Assembly: GCA_951406725.2 (NCBI GenBank)
Contig: OX597814.1
Location: 69,006,001 to 69,070,000 of the forward strand
Length of the DNA: 64,000 bases
Direction: 5' to 3'
Origin: Octopus vulgaris
Lineage: Eukaryota
Below, piece by piece: positions 1 through 12,659 of the stretch (positions are counted from its first letter, which is position 1; every line of letters begins with the position of its first letter). The position numbers and the translations under genes are program-made. Below the pieces are notes generated by a model. The model was not told the DNA's origin. It worked only from the letters and a program-made list of their open reading frames with translations, and ran no database searches.

Positions 1-759
1 CTATATTATCAAATTATTATAAACATTTCAAAGGTTGTATTGAATGTTAGTATTATACATTTATGGTTATGATGATCAGGTTTCATAGTCAAAATATTCT
101 CGTTCGTAATTAGGGCCAGATATTAACGCATTAATTTATGGCATTAGTGAAGCATAGGAACACATTTTAAATGGCTGATAATAAAAGCGGGAAAGAAGAG
201 AGCAAAACTACTGAAGTATATGTAATACATATAGTAGTAATTGCACTCGACATGGGAGTAGAGTGACTATGATTTTATGACAATGTCTCTTTTCACAATC
301 AACCACACTGCACTGCAAACTGAAATTAGGTCAACAACTACAAAGCTACCGCACCTCAAAAAGTATCTACATTTATGGCGCCAGTGAGCAGGGATCTACT
401 TAGCCATTCAACCTGTAAGAAATACCAACAAAGTCTCCCCCCATTTAATTCTTACTGCCTTGAAACATTGGGTTTTGGAAATATACGGGATTGTCATAAC
501 AGGAATGCATCAAAAGAGGATAAATGCTATCAGTTACACAATTTGGCAGCTATACTTTTTGTGTAATTAAAGGTTACATGTAGCATATGAATTATGCTGA
601 TTGTAGTGAATTTTATCCCTGAAGCCAACTTTTGAAAACAATAGACATGCTTCAGTCCTATTAAACACCCTCAACATAGCATTTTTCTGTTCAGATAACA
701 AGGTTAATAGCCAACCAAACATACATTACAATGTATGTATGTAAGCATATAATTTTTCT

Positions 760-850
760 GTATGTATGTATGTATGTATGTATGTATGTATGTATGTATG
801 TATGTATGTATGTATGTATGTATGTATGTATGTATGTATGTATGTATATA
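760..850. repeat. (TATG)n microsatellite
   Basis: Direct tandem TATG run abutting the 5' end of the RTE element. Confidence 0.95.
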
Positions 851-851
851 T

Positions 852-3800
852 GTCAGGTCACTCTCGAGTGCTACTGGCACCATGTAGCCCAGTAAAACCT
901 GCTCCATGGTTGGGACGTCAGCAACTAAACTGGCAACCCCACCAGGCTTTCTTGGTGAGGTGGGTGCTTGTTGAACACCCTATGGGACAAAAAATAAGAC
1001 CTGTCAAAGGGCGGAGGAACTACAACATAATCAACGGCCATTCAACTATGTGTGTGTGTGTATTGTGTATGTTTCATTTTGGACTCTGTGTGTATGTATT
1101 GTATATACTATGTTCTTTTTATTTTTAAATTGTATATATCGTACAGGCAGTGGGCAGGTCCCTCTGGTCTTGTACGAGTAGTGAGACATCCCTGCCCTCC
1201 AAGAGTTTCCCGCTGCCTTGCGGGTAAGTTTTTTGGTTAATCAAAGGCTAGGGAGTAAACTCTATCCAAATCCAGAGTGGAGCCCCTAAGGTGGTTAGGT
1301 AATGAAGTCCATCATCTCTCCGGCAGCACCTGCAGTCCATTTGTGGCTAGGATGTGTCGTCCTGTGTCCCTCTTGGCTAGATCAGGTTGACCAAGTGGTG
1401 GGTCCTGGGCTTGGGCAACCCAAGGCCTCCTCAGTTCTCTTGCCCAGGATTCAGTGACTCCATCTGTCTACTTCTTCTTCTTCCAAGTCCTGAGGCAATG
1501 GATGATGGTGGCAGGTGCAGGATGGTGCTGAGAGCTGCTAGCCATAGACCTGCACTTGGGTGGTCAGGGCAGGATGGTCATTCTGCAGACTACCGGGGCA
1601 AGGGTATAGTTCGGCAGACACTCTGACAATGGAGCAGCCCCCTTCAGGGATAGCACTGCACCCTCCCACTAAGGGGGAAGGGTCTAGAAAAGGTGACCTA
1701 AAGAAAGTTTGCCTCATCTCATCCCGTCAGCATACCGCATCTACCAAGTGATCAAAACATGAAAGAAATACAAAAGAAGAACCTAAAATCTTCCCACCAG
1801 AAGAGCACTTTATATGTTGGAGCCTGGAATATCAGAACACTCATGGACAACCAAAACTGTGACAGACCAGAATGTCAAACTGCACTTGTGTGTCATGAAC
1901 TGCAGAGATACAGCATTGATGTTGCTGCCCTCAGTGGGACCATGCCTTGCCGACATGGGGGTGATTACTGAGGCTGGAGCTGGATACACTTTCTTTTGGT
2001 CAGGGAAGGCACCAGATGAACGCAGGGAAGCAGGAGTTGGCTTTGCCATTCACATCACCCTCGTCAAGAACCTGGAGTGCCTTCCAAGAAGAATCAGCAA
2101 CCGCCTGATGGTGATGAGAATTCCTCTCCAAGGCAAGATTCATGTGACACTCACCAGTCTTTACACCCCCACCATGACCTACACTCTGGAGCAGAGAGAG
2201 CTGTTCTATCAGAACCTCACCAAAGTGCTACGGTCAGTTCCTAAAGACGACAAGCTGCTGATACTCGGGGACTTCAATGCCCATGTAGGCAGAGATGCCC
2301 AGTCTTGGCCAGATGTGATTGGGCCACATGGCATCAGACATGAGAACACCAACGGTCAACTGCTACTCACCTTCTGTGCTGAACAGAGACTCACCATCAC
2401 CAATACCCTGTACCAACTGCCTAACATCCACAAGGCTACCTGGATGCACCCAAGGTCCAAGTATTGGCACCTGATTGACTATATGATCACCAGGCACCAT
2501 GACATCCAGGATGTTCACATCACTAATGCAATGAAGGGAGCTGACTGCTGGCTGGATCTGCTGCTGAGGTGCAGGCTATCCTTTTCCATCGTCAGCAGAC
2601 ACAGACACCAGAAAGCTGATGTTAAAAAGAAACTGGACGTCCAGAAACTCAATGAACCAAAATCAAAAGAGACCCTCATTGCCAACCTTGCGAACCAGCT
2701 TGAACATTTGCCAGCAGAGGGAAACTTTGAGAAGGCCTGGCCAACTTCCAGGATGTAGTGTATGACGGAAACACCACGACTGGTTTCACAACATGTAGGA
2801 GATCACCACCCTCCTCCAGGAGAAGAAAGAAGCCTTCATAACCTGGCTCAACGACAAAGACTACCAAGCAAAGCACGACTGCCTCAAGAACATCAAAGGA
2901 AAGGTGCAGACTGAGCTGCGACAGATGAAAGACAAGTGGTGGGAAAACAAGGCTTCAGAACTACAGCAGTATGCAGACAAGCACAACTCCCAGAAGTTCT
3001 CTGCCGGCCTGAAAGGCGAGTATGGCTTCACACTAAATGCAATGGCACCTGTGCACTCTGCCGATGGAACCCTACTTACTGAGAAGAGCGACATCATACA
3101 GTGCTGGAGTGAATACTTCAGTCAGCTGCTAAACAGACCTTCCCAGATTGACCAGCAGGCCATCAAAGACATGCCACAGTGCCCAGTCCTGATGTCACTT
3201 GATGACCCCTCCCCCAACACTGGCAGATCCAGAAGGCCATCAAGCAACTACATGTGGGGAAAGCACCTGGTCCTAACAGAATACCCCTGGAGATCTTCAA
3301 AAAGGGAGGTGAAGCTGTTGCCATCAAGTTGACTGAGCTGATACAGCAGTTCTGGGACGAAGGATCAGTGCCACAGGACTTCAAGGCTGCCAATATTGTG
3401 CATTTGTACAAGAACAAGGGGAACAGAGCTTCATGTGACAACCACAGAGGCATCTCATTGCTGAGCATAGCAGGAAAGATCATGACCCGTGTTTTTCTGA
3501 ACCGCATCACACACCACCTGCTGGACGATGTGGTCTCAAAGGGCCAGTGAGGATTTAGGAACAACAGGGGGACAATAAACATGGTCTTTGCAGTGTGGCA
3601 GATACAAGAGAAGTGCCGAGGACAAAATCAGAACCTCTACATTCTCTTCAAAGGCTTTTGACACTGTCAGCCGAGAGGGCCTGTGGGATATCTTGTCCAA
3701 GCTAGGCTGCCATCATCCAGTCATTTCATGATGGCATGATGGCTCGCATCATGGAAAACAGAGATGTCTCTGATCCATTCCCGGTCTCCAATGGCATGAA

Positions 3801-4875
3801 GCAAGGCTGCGTGATGGCTCCCAAACTCTTCAGCCTCATGTTTGCCACCATGCTCTTCCGCGCCCTGTCAAAGTCTGATGCTGATGTCACTATTCGCTAC
3901 AGATGTGACGGCCAATTCTTTGACCTCAGACGTCTGAAGGCAAAAACCAAAGTCCTGGACGCCCTAGTAAGAGACTTTCTATTTGCAGATAATTGTGCAC
4001 TTGCAGCATTGAATGGACCAGACCTGCAAGAACTTGCCACTTGTCTCGCATAAGCAGCAAAAGCCTTTGGAGTGACCATTAGCCTGCGAAAAACTGAAGT
4101 GATGCTTCAGCCTGTACTTGGCCTGACACCTCCTGAGCCTCAGATTGAGATTGAGGGCACAACTCTGAACAACGTGGAGAGCTTTACATACCTGGGAAGC
4201 TGCCTGTCCTCAAACTGCAGCATGGACAAAGATGTCTCCATGAGGCTTGCAAAAGCAGGAGCTTCGTTTGGCAGACTTTCGACACATGTGTGAGCTGAAC
4301 GAGGCATCAGACTTTCCACCAACTGGCAGTCTATAGGGCAGTTGTCAGTACCTCTCTGCTCTACAGCTGTGGGACATGGACGCTGTATAGGAGGCAAATA
4401 TGAGTGCTTGACCAGTGCTACCTCCACTCCTTGCAACTAAATCATGGGAATTTCCTGGGAGGACAGAGTCTTCAACACTAGGGTGCTTCACAGAGCTGAA
4501 ATGCTTGAGATCGAAGCCCTCATCATGACGGCCCAGCTCCAGTGAGTCGGACATGTAGTCCGAATGGACGACGCGCGTCTACCAAAGATGATCTTCTTCT
4601 CTGAGTTGGCTTCTGGAGCAAGAAACCCTGGAAGGCCACTGAGGCGATACAAGGCCAGCCTGAAAATTTCCCTTGAAGCCTGTGGCTGGGAATCGCTTGC
4701 CTCTGACCTGGCGTCCAGCTGTCCAAAAGGGTGTTAGGCTGTTCTAGGAAAAGTGCCTCAAGAGACTGGATCAGTTACGTGCCCAACATGTGGCTGCGTC
4801 TGCGCGTCTGCCTTTGGGCTCCACTCCCACCTCCGGCATCACTGGTGTTATTCTCGAACCCTGACAGACTTCCAT
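852..4875 (+). mobile_element. Near full-length degenerate RTE-clade LINE
   Basis: ~0.9 kb GC-richer leader, APE endonuclease, RT and C-terminal C2H2 finger; flanked by (TATG)n on both sides. Confidence 0.9.
1759..4845 (+). pseudogene. RTE ORF (APE endonuclease + reverse transcriptase + C2H2 zinc finger), broken by frameshifts and stops
   Basis: GAWNIRTL, GVGFAI, LGDFNAHVG, WHLIDY (APE); KAPGP, NHRGISLLS, KQGCVMAP, LFADN, FTYLGS (RT); CPTCG..HSHLRHH. Confidence 0.92.
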
Positions 4876-5138
4876 TATGTATGTATGTATGTATGTATGT
4901 ATGTATCTATGTATCTATGTATGTATGTATGTCTATGTATGTATGTATGTGCATATATATATATACATGTATATATATTTATTTTATAGAAGGAGCTTCT
5001 ACAGGACTAGAACTGTTTCATCAGTAAATAAATTAATTTACTCTGCTATGTATTGAGTACCTTATTTACTGTGGTTAACCCCGACTCAACCCGGGACCTA
5101 CATATATGTATATATATATATATGTGTTTATATGTGTA

Positions 5139-5171
<33 letters not shown>

Positions 5172-5230
5172 ATATATATTTGTATATATATATGTATGTG
5201 TATATATATATATGTATATATATATGTGCG

Positions 5231-5265
<35 letters not shown>

Positions 5266-5340
5266 ATGTATATATATATATGTATATATATTTATATATA
5301 TATGTATATACATATATGTATATATATATGTACATATATA

Positions 5341-5371
<31 letters not shown>

Positions 5372-5433
5372 GTATGTATATGTATATATGTATATGTATA
5401 TCTCTATATATGTATATATATATATATACATAT
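4876..5433. repeat. Compound (TATG)/(TA)/(TG) microsatellite with a short PLE-type insert at ~4983-5100
   Basis: Low-complexity tract; the insert shares ~37 nt with the HHR at 28032-28082. Confidence 0.85.
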
Positions 5434-5470
5434 AGATGAGAAAGTTGGTTTGTGAAAGCAAGTGGTTGAA

Positions 5471-6330
5471 TATATAGAAAATAGTAAAAAGTGAAAAAAC
5501 TACGGAAGGCTTGTTTTAAAAGGTTAAAAAATATATATTTGAGTCAATATGTCTGAAGAATATTATAAATTTTTTTTTTTTTTTTTTTTTTCCTTACAAA
5601 GTTTAGAAGAAATGACCGGTTTCGCGTTCAGCTTTTCAAATTTCTTACATCGTTATGTTTATGTTGAGAAGAGTTATCGTTATATTTATGTTGAGAAGAG
5701 TTATCGTTATGTTTATGTTGAGAAGAGTTCTAGATAAGGGGAGGTAATAAGTGATTTCTTCCAGTGTAAGGGAGATAATCGCTTAAAATTTTTTGTCTTT
5801 CCTTTGGAGTGAATTTCTCTGTATAAGTATGTTGGAATGGTTAAGTCTGGGCTTGTACTTTTCAATGAAGAATGTTTCCTTGTTGAGAAATGCACAAAGC
5901 AACTACTACCACAAATTTTAATCTTTCCATTTTACCAATGTGCTATCGGAACACCAACACAAATTAGACTAAACAAGGAAACATTCTTCATTGAAAAGTA
6001 CAAGCCCAGACTTAACCATTCCAACATACTTATACAGAGAAATTCACTCCAAAGGAAAGACAAAAAATTTTAACTGATTATCTCCCTTACACCGGAAGAA
6101 ATAACTTATTACCTCCCCTTATCTAGAACTCTTCTCAACATAAACATAACGATGTAAGAAATGTGAAAAGCTGAACGCGAAACCGGTCATTTCTTCTAAA
6201 CTATGTCATTGTAAGGAAAAAAAAATATATATATATAATATTCTTCAGACATATCGACTCAAATATATATTTTTTAACCTTTTAAAACAAGCCTTCTGTA
6301 GTTTTTTCACTTTTTACTATTTTCTATATA
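5471..6330 (+). mobile_element. 5'-truncated Penelope-like element with inverted pLTR (foldback)
   Basis: Arms 5471-5884 and 5972-6330 are near-perfect inverted repeats; + strand encodes a GIY-YIG-like C-terminus (FPFYQC..IRLNKETFFIEKYKPRLN); HHR motif in each arm. Confidence 0.8.
6156..6195 (+). ncRNA. Minimal type I hammerhead ribozyme, core mutated (mirror copy 5607-5646 on -)
   Basis: AAGAAAT-GTGAAAA-GC.TGAAC.GC-GAAAC-CG-GTC-ATTTCTT: 7-bp stem I, palindromic ACCGGT stem III; CTGANGA degenerate. Confidence 0.65.
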
Positions 6331-6549
6331 TACATATATATAATTTCAACAATTGAGGGTAAAATTAATTAATTAATTATTAATCAATTTCGCCAAGTGT
6401 TCAGTATGTAAAGGGACCATTTAAGGCGAATTCAAATTATTACATTATATAAAAGGGCTTAGTAAAATAAATTACTTTGCCACATACTGAACTCATTAGA
6501 AATAATGTATATATATGTATATATATGCATATATACACATATGTGTGTG

Positions 6550-6593
<44 letters not shown>

Positions 6594-6600
<7 letters not shown>

Positions 6601-7343
6601 CAAATAAGGAAAAGGAGAAACAATTTAGTTTGTTCATCAACTTTCAGATATTAGAATGTTGAATTATTTATTCATTTAACAAAATGAGAACCTTAATAGC
6701 ATACATACATACCTTATAATTCAATACATATAAGAATACAAATTATAAAAACCATAATACAAATTATTGAAATCATTAAAATCACTCCTTAGAGCTGTTT
6801 CTGCCTATGGTTAAAAGTAGTTTTTTATTTTATTTACTTGGACCTATTGTTTAATTGTGTTTATTTATGTATATGTGTTTATATGTTTATGTATAAGTCT
6901 ATATGTATATTTGTTCATATCTTTATATATATTAAATTATATGTGTATCCTGTTTCATGTATTAATATTTTTGGATTTCTTTATAATCTCTGATGAGGCC
7001 TATGGTTATATATATAAGTCCCCTATTTTTAAATGCCTACAACCTCAATATAATTGACAACTATAGGCAATAAAAATAAAACATTTTTTAAATAAAAAAA
7101 TTTTTTTTAACTACTTTTAACCATAGCCTCAAACAGCAGTAAGGAGTGATTTTAATGATTTCAATAATTTATATGATGATTTTTATCATTTGTACTCTTA
7201 TCTTATATGTATTGAATTATAATGTATATATGTAGGCTATAAAGGTTCTCATTTTGTTAAATGAATAAATAATTCAACATTTTAATATCCAAAAGTTGAT
7301 GAACGAACTAAATTGTTTCTCCATTTTCTTATTTGTATTATAA
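6594..7343 (+). mobile_element. Non-coding PLE pLTR module with inverted partial copy
   Basis: Arms ~6594-6823 and ~7109-7343 inverted; HHR 6985-7147; 3' end (GTTTCTCCATTTTCT..TTTGTAT) matches the module ending ~41315. Confidence 0.75.
6985..7147 (+). ncRNA. Type I hammerhead ribozyme with long stem II insertion (partly decayed)
   Basis: CTGATGA-GGCCTATGGTTA...TAACCATAGCCT-CAAACAGCAGTA-AG; the inverted arm reads CCATAGGCA-GAAACAGCTCTA-AG, implying ancestral GAAAC-AGCT-GTA. Confidence 0.65.
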
Positions 7344-7513
7344 ATTAACAGTAAAATATTTCTTTACCTTCACCCGTTTAATACAATAAATAAGTTACTT
7401 GCATTGCAATTAAAAGCATTTATATATTAAGAATTTGGGTACTTCACCAACAGTATATTGGATAAATACTATCCCTTAGTGGGTTGCACCCATAACCCCT
7501 AACTTACTTTGTG

Positions 7514-7551
<38 letters not shown>

Positions 7552-7594
7552 CAAATGAAAGACAGAAGATGGAATATACGAGAATATATTATTA

Positions 7595-7697
7595 ATCACA
7601 ACATAGTTTCAATGCATCTAGCGTTGATTCCTCTTGTGGGACACACAAAAACTGGTACAGGAGTATCCGGTAGTGCAGACATATCTTGTCAGGGGAT
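7595..7697 (-). ncRNA. Degenerate hammerhead ribozyme in a (TA)n-adjacent module
   Basis: Minus strand ATCCC-CTGACAA-...TGCA...TGCATT-GAAAC-TAT-GTT-GTGAT. Confidence 0.4.
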
Positions 7698-7717
7698 AAA
7701 TAAATAAAAAATCTCAT

Positions 7718-8697
7718 TAAAATGACAGTTCCATAATGCAACTTTTCATTTTGTAGAGAGAAAAAAAGCCAGACGGAGGAAAATTCATTTATATAGAAGA
7801 TCCAAAAATAAAATTACAGAAGACAAAAAGAGATATGAACACTTAATCCAGCGAGAAATGCTGTTTTTCTTATACTTCTTATATTTTTCAAAATTAAGAT
7901 GGACAAAATTCTTTTTAATCTAAAATATACTCTTCTTCATTTTCTATAATGATCGTCCATCTACATGGTAGATTTGCAAGGCCCCACCCCCTTTCAAAAT
8001 TCACTTGTCTGTGATGAAAATATACCTCTAGTACTGTTCTGATCTCATCCACAGAATTCATATTTTTCTATCCAAATCATTTTGAAGACTGCAGAATAAC
8101 TATTCATACTGCTCCAGCCTTTGGAATGTCATCTTCGCTGTATGTGGGCAAGCATTATCCTGATGGAAGAACACCTTTCTTCTTGAAACTAAAGATCATA
8201 GTTTTTCTTCTAGCACTGACTTGAATGACTATTTGAATGACTAAATCCAAACTTCTTTACTAGTTCTTCAACAGTTAGAATGGGTTTTTGTTCCACCTTG
8301 GTTTGCACCATGTTCTCATTGAGCTCTACAGATTTTCTGGGACGTGACTTGTCTTCTAGGCTGTAGTTTCCAGCTCATAATTTCTTGAACCACCGTTGAC
8401 ACTGGCTTATGCTTATTCTCCAATCCCCATATACTGCATTAATATTCCTCGCACTTTCTGTTGCATTGTTGCCTTTATTGAACTCATAAAGCAAAATATG
8501 CTGAATATGCTCCTTTGTCACTTCCATTATAGCTTTGAAAAAATAACTGTCAAAATGGAACAGCACTATGAATAAGGACATGATAAAATTACTACCTACT
8601 TTTATAGAAAGTTGATGCAGATAGTTTATCCTGTCCCCTACTGACTTTTAGTTCATGCAATTGAGAAAAACTGCATTATTTATGGGATGACCCATTT

Positions 8698-8699
<2 letters not shown>
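7718..8699 (-). mobile_element. Decayed, internally deleted Tc1/mariner (mariner) transposon
   Basis: MEVTKEHIQHILLYEFNKG..INAVYG..QRWF HTH start; FHQDNACPH catalytic remnant; degenerate TIRs (TAAAATG..CCATA..ATGCA). Confidence 0.8.
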
Positions 8700-8741
<42 letters not shown>

Positions 8742-8744
<3 letters not shown>

Positions 8745-9785
8745 TCATCATCATCATCATTTAATTTCTCTTTTCCATGCTGGCAGGGGTTGGACAGTTT
8801 GATAGACACTGGGCAGGTTTACAGCTGCCGAGGCTCTATGTCTGTTTTGGCATGGTGTCTACGATTGGATGCACTTCATGGGTGCATTCACTTGGCATGG
8901 TTAAGAATACTCAGTTGGAGTGGGATGCAGGGAACAGCCTATATTCAAGGACAACCATGCTTTTACTTAATTTGTCATGTGTTTTCAAGCACAGCCATCA
9001 GCCAGGAGCCCTGTTTCTCTGCCATCCTCTCTGTGAGTCCTAACAACATATATGTATACATATATGGTTAGTCCACATCACTCTATAAGGAGAATAGGGC
9101 TGGTTTCTTGATTTCTATGGTGTACATATTCCTTCCCTAGAGGAGATGCTGGTCCATCACAGGATTACTTATTTTGTACCAGCTGAGTGGACTGGAGCAA
9201 TGTGAAATGAAGTGTTTTGCCCAATGTGAAATGAAGTGTTTTGCTCGGTTCAGGAATTGAAACCACAATCTTACAATCATGAGTTCAACACTCTAACCAC
9301 TAAATGTACCTCCACATGCTTGCAAGAGTCAGAGGGAATTTGTTGAGGCAGAGTTTTTTAGTCTGATGCCCTTCCTGTCACCAAACTTCACTTGTTTCCA
9401 AGTAATGTAATATTTTCCTATGGCCAGAGATGTTTTCACATAAGACTGTGAATGAACAACACTGCATGGATGACAGTGACATTCGCTTATAACTATCATT
9501 CAGAGTGAAGGCAGGGAGACAGTAACACACTCACTAACACACACACACACATACACACACACATGCACACACACGTACGCACACACACACGAACACACAC
9601 ACACACACACCTACATATAAATATATGGCTTCTTTCAGTTTCTGTCAACCACATCCACTCAGAAACTGACTTTGGTTGGCTCAAGGCTATAGTAGAAAAC
9701 ATCTACCTAAGATGTCATGCAATGGGACTGAACCATGTGATTGGGAAACAAAATTCTTAACCATGCAGCCACAACTGTGCTTAAG
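8742..9785 (-). mobile_element. Cluster of old SINE relics
   Basis: (ATC)n tail; tRNA-like head at ~9240-9315; 9630-9780 resembles the main SINE family. Confidence 0.6.
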
Positions 9786-9963
9786 CAGAAAATAGCAAAA
9801 TATTTAGGGGGGAAAAGGGGGATAGTGATACCATACTTACTCCTTTTGTAATTAACACCCACTGAATTCAACATTTTAGATAAAAACAAGAGTTCTTAAG
9901 TCTGATAAATTTTCTGTCAATATTTTCTCACATTTATTATAATAACCAACAAATGAGAGGTTT

Positions 9964-9998
<35 letters not shown>

Positions 9999-10140
9999 GG
10001 TTATGAGAGGTAATGGTGTCAAGAAGACCCAAAGGTGTCAGGTAATGCTGAGTAAGTGCTATGGACAGACTATAATTAAGCTCCAGGTTCAGTGATTATG
10101 CAAATGTGGAGTCCAACTTAGGTAATATATTACCATGTAT

Positions 10141-10570
10141 ATATATAAAAAATTAACCAAATAAGATTAAAATCCAAGGCTGTGAAAGATTTCAGAACAT
10201 TTATAAAGATATGGTCTTATGGTGCAAGAAAATGGTTAAGCAATAGTAATTCAAAAGAACCATCAATCCAATATCACGGTTTACAAACTCTAAGCTTGGA
10301 ATGACCAATTTTAAATACTATTGGAACTTACACACAGGGTACAGGAAACTTATATGTATACCATTCTGCTTCAATAATGGAACTGAAGATACAATATCCC
10401 TGCATATCTCACATCTGTTTTCATTCCTCCACTTCACTCTCTATTTCATATCTTATCTAGAATAACTATTGCTTAACCATTTTCTTGCACCCTAAGAGCT
10501 TATCTTTATAAATGTTCTGAAATCTTTCACAGCCTTGGATTTTTATCTCATTCTGTTAATTTTTTATATA
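10141..10570. repeat. Foldback module (inverted arms ~10141-10252 / ~10461-10570), probable PLE pLTR relic
   Basis: ~110-bp inverted arms bounded by (TA) tracts. Confidence 0.7.
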
Positions 10571-10603
10571 CATACATACATATATATATATATGCATACA
10601 TGC

Positions 10604-10636
<33 letters not shown>

Positions 10637-10688
10637 TGTATGTATGTATGTATGTATGTATGTATGTATGTATGTATGTATACATGTA

Positions 10689-10725
<37 letters not shown>

Positions 10726-10750
10726 TATGTGTGTGTATGTATATATACAT

Positions 10751-11279
10751 GTCATTATTCAGTTTTATTTCAGGATTTCTTGCTAACAGAGAAAGTGTCG
10801 GTTTCTAACTTTGATCCAAGGCTCCTTCACTGGAATTTCAACATCAACAGAGTATTTTTGTATGTATATGTGTAGATTTGTATGTTTTGTTTTATGTATG
10901 TATTCTCAGGCATATTGTTGCATTCTGGACATGCACATATATACTTAAATGATTAACTTCTAGAAGTTTTACACATTTTTACAGTTCCAGTGATGACTTG
11001 GATCTGTAGTCTTTGAATCAGCTTTCTCCTTTCTGGTTTTGAGAACCCGAATTTTCAAGATTGATATTTAGGTAGTGTGTTACATATCCCACTGCCCCAA
11101 TAATTACAGGTATAAACCTGAACTTGAAATCTGGATAGAGTAGGTGTAGGTTCCTCAATAGTTCAATTTTCTTTTCCAATGATCTTTAGCTTCATGTTAA
11201 CATCTACTGGGCAGATGATTTCCACAACTGTACACACATTTTCCCTTCTCTATCCCAATTTAATATGTCAGGTCTATTA
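10751..11279 (-). mobile_element. 3' end of R4/Dong-type non-LTR element (REL endonuclease + 3' UTR)
   Basis: NRPDI...VVEI.CP.D.N..LKI remnant; 3' UTR homologous to 61960-62157; ends against (TATG)/(TG)n. Confidence 0.75.
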
Positions 11280-11459
11280 TTCTTTTATTCTTTTACTTGT
11301 TTCAGTCATTTGATTGTGGCACTGCCTTTAATCAAACAAATCAACCCTAAGACTTATTCTTTGTAAGCCTAGTATTTATTCTACCAGTCTCGGTTGTCAA
11401 GTGATGGTGGGGGACAAACACAGACACATACACACAAATATAGACTTGTATATATATAT

Positions 11460-11627
11460 TACAGTTCTATATTTAAGAGATGAGGAATTATGTACATTAT
11501 TTACATTATTTACATTTGACAGATATTTGTCCTCATCTTGTTTGTTGTTAACACAACATTTCAGCTGATATACCCTCCAGCCTTCTTCAGGTATCTTGGG
11601 GAAATTTCAAACCTGGGTTCTCATTCT
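11460..11627 (-). mobile_element. HHR-bearing repeat body, interrupted by a SINE (resumes ~11989)
   Basis: Homologous to 42622-42760; HHR at 11551-11594: ATAC-CTGAAGA-AGGCTG..CAGCT-GAAAT-GTT-GTGT. Confidence 0.7.
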
Positions 11628-11988
11628 CTTACTTGTTTCAGTTATTTGACTGTGGCCATGCTAGAGCACCGTCTTTAGTCAAACAAATCGACCCCAGGAC
11701 TTATTCTTTGTAAGCCTAGTACTTATTCTATCGGTCTCTTTTGCCTAACTGCTATGTTATGGGGATGTAAACACACCAGCATCAATTGTCAAGTGATGTT
11801 GGGAGGACAAGCACATAAACATACATGTATATACATATATACGACAGGCTTCTTTCAGTTTCCTGCTACCAAATTCACTCACAAGGCTTTGGTCAGCCTG
11901 AGGCTATAGTAGAAGACATTTGCCTAAGGTGCCGAAACCATGTGGCTGGTAAGTAAGCTACTTACCACACAGCCACTCCTGAACCTAT
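11628..11988 (-). mobile_element. tRNA-derived SINE (main octopus-type family)
   Basis: Matches family consensus seen at 30560, 31091, 37935, 43076; a further 3' fragment lies at 11285-11435. Confidence 0.85.
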
Positions 11989-12180
11989 AGGTATTTTTCT
12001 AGTGCTCTTAGCTTTGTTTTTCGTTGGGGTTGGCCAGATTGGAGAAATCTCAAGTATAACCAGCCAAAATTGCAAAGATAATCTGGAACTCGACTGAGGA
12101 AAGAAAACTCCGAATGACCTATTCTTGTTTTCTTTGTATTGTCTGTCTGGATGTTTTGTGTTGTTGTCTCATTTTTGTAT

Positions 12181-12259
<79 letters not shown>

Positions 12260-12352
12260 GTATGTATGCATGTATGTATGTATGTATGTATGTATGTATG
12301 TATGTATGTATGTATGTATGTATGTATGTATGTATGTATATATAAATATATA

Positions 12353-12388
<36 letters not shown>

Positions 12389-12390
12389 TG

Positions 12391-12436
<46 letters not shown>

Positions 12437-12443
12437 ATATGTA

Positions 12444-12490
<47 letters not shown>

Positions 12491-12659
12491 GTATTTGTGT
12501 ATGTATGTGTGCATGTATGTATGTATACATGTATAGATATAAAAAATTTTGCCAATAAACATAATGTAACAGGTATGTACTATGAGTGCTCAGTATGGTT
12601 TGCCACTAAATATTTATATATGAATTCCATATTTGAAATGTTTAGTAATTTTTAAAATA

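Noticed and set aside
5053-5461. Many Y/I/V/C/M/H/T-rich ORFs here and at 10535, 12114, 26535, 36846, 42372, 46021
   Set aside because: Stop-free translations of dinucleotide and tetranucleotide repeats.
5649-5729. CRISPR-like 27-bp repeats
   Set aside because: Head-to-tail tandem copies with no spacers, in a eukaryotic retroelement arm.
12088-12125. Further HHR-like traces (also ~10379-10430, 37616-37661, 40770-40815, 59590-59640)
   Set aside because: Only part of the core or stems is present; too degenerate to call.
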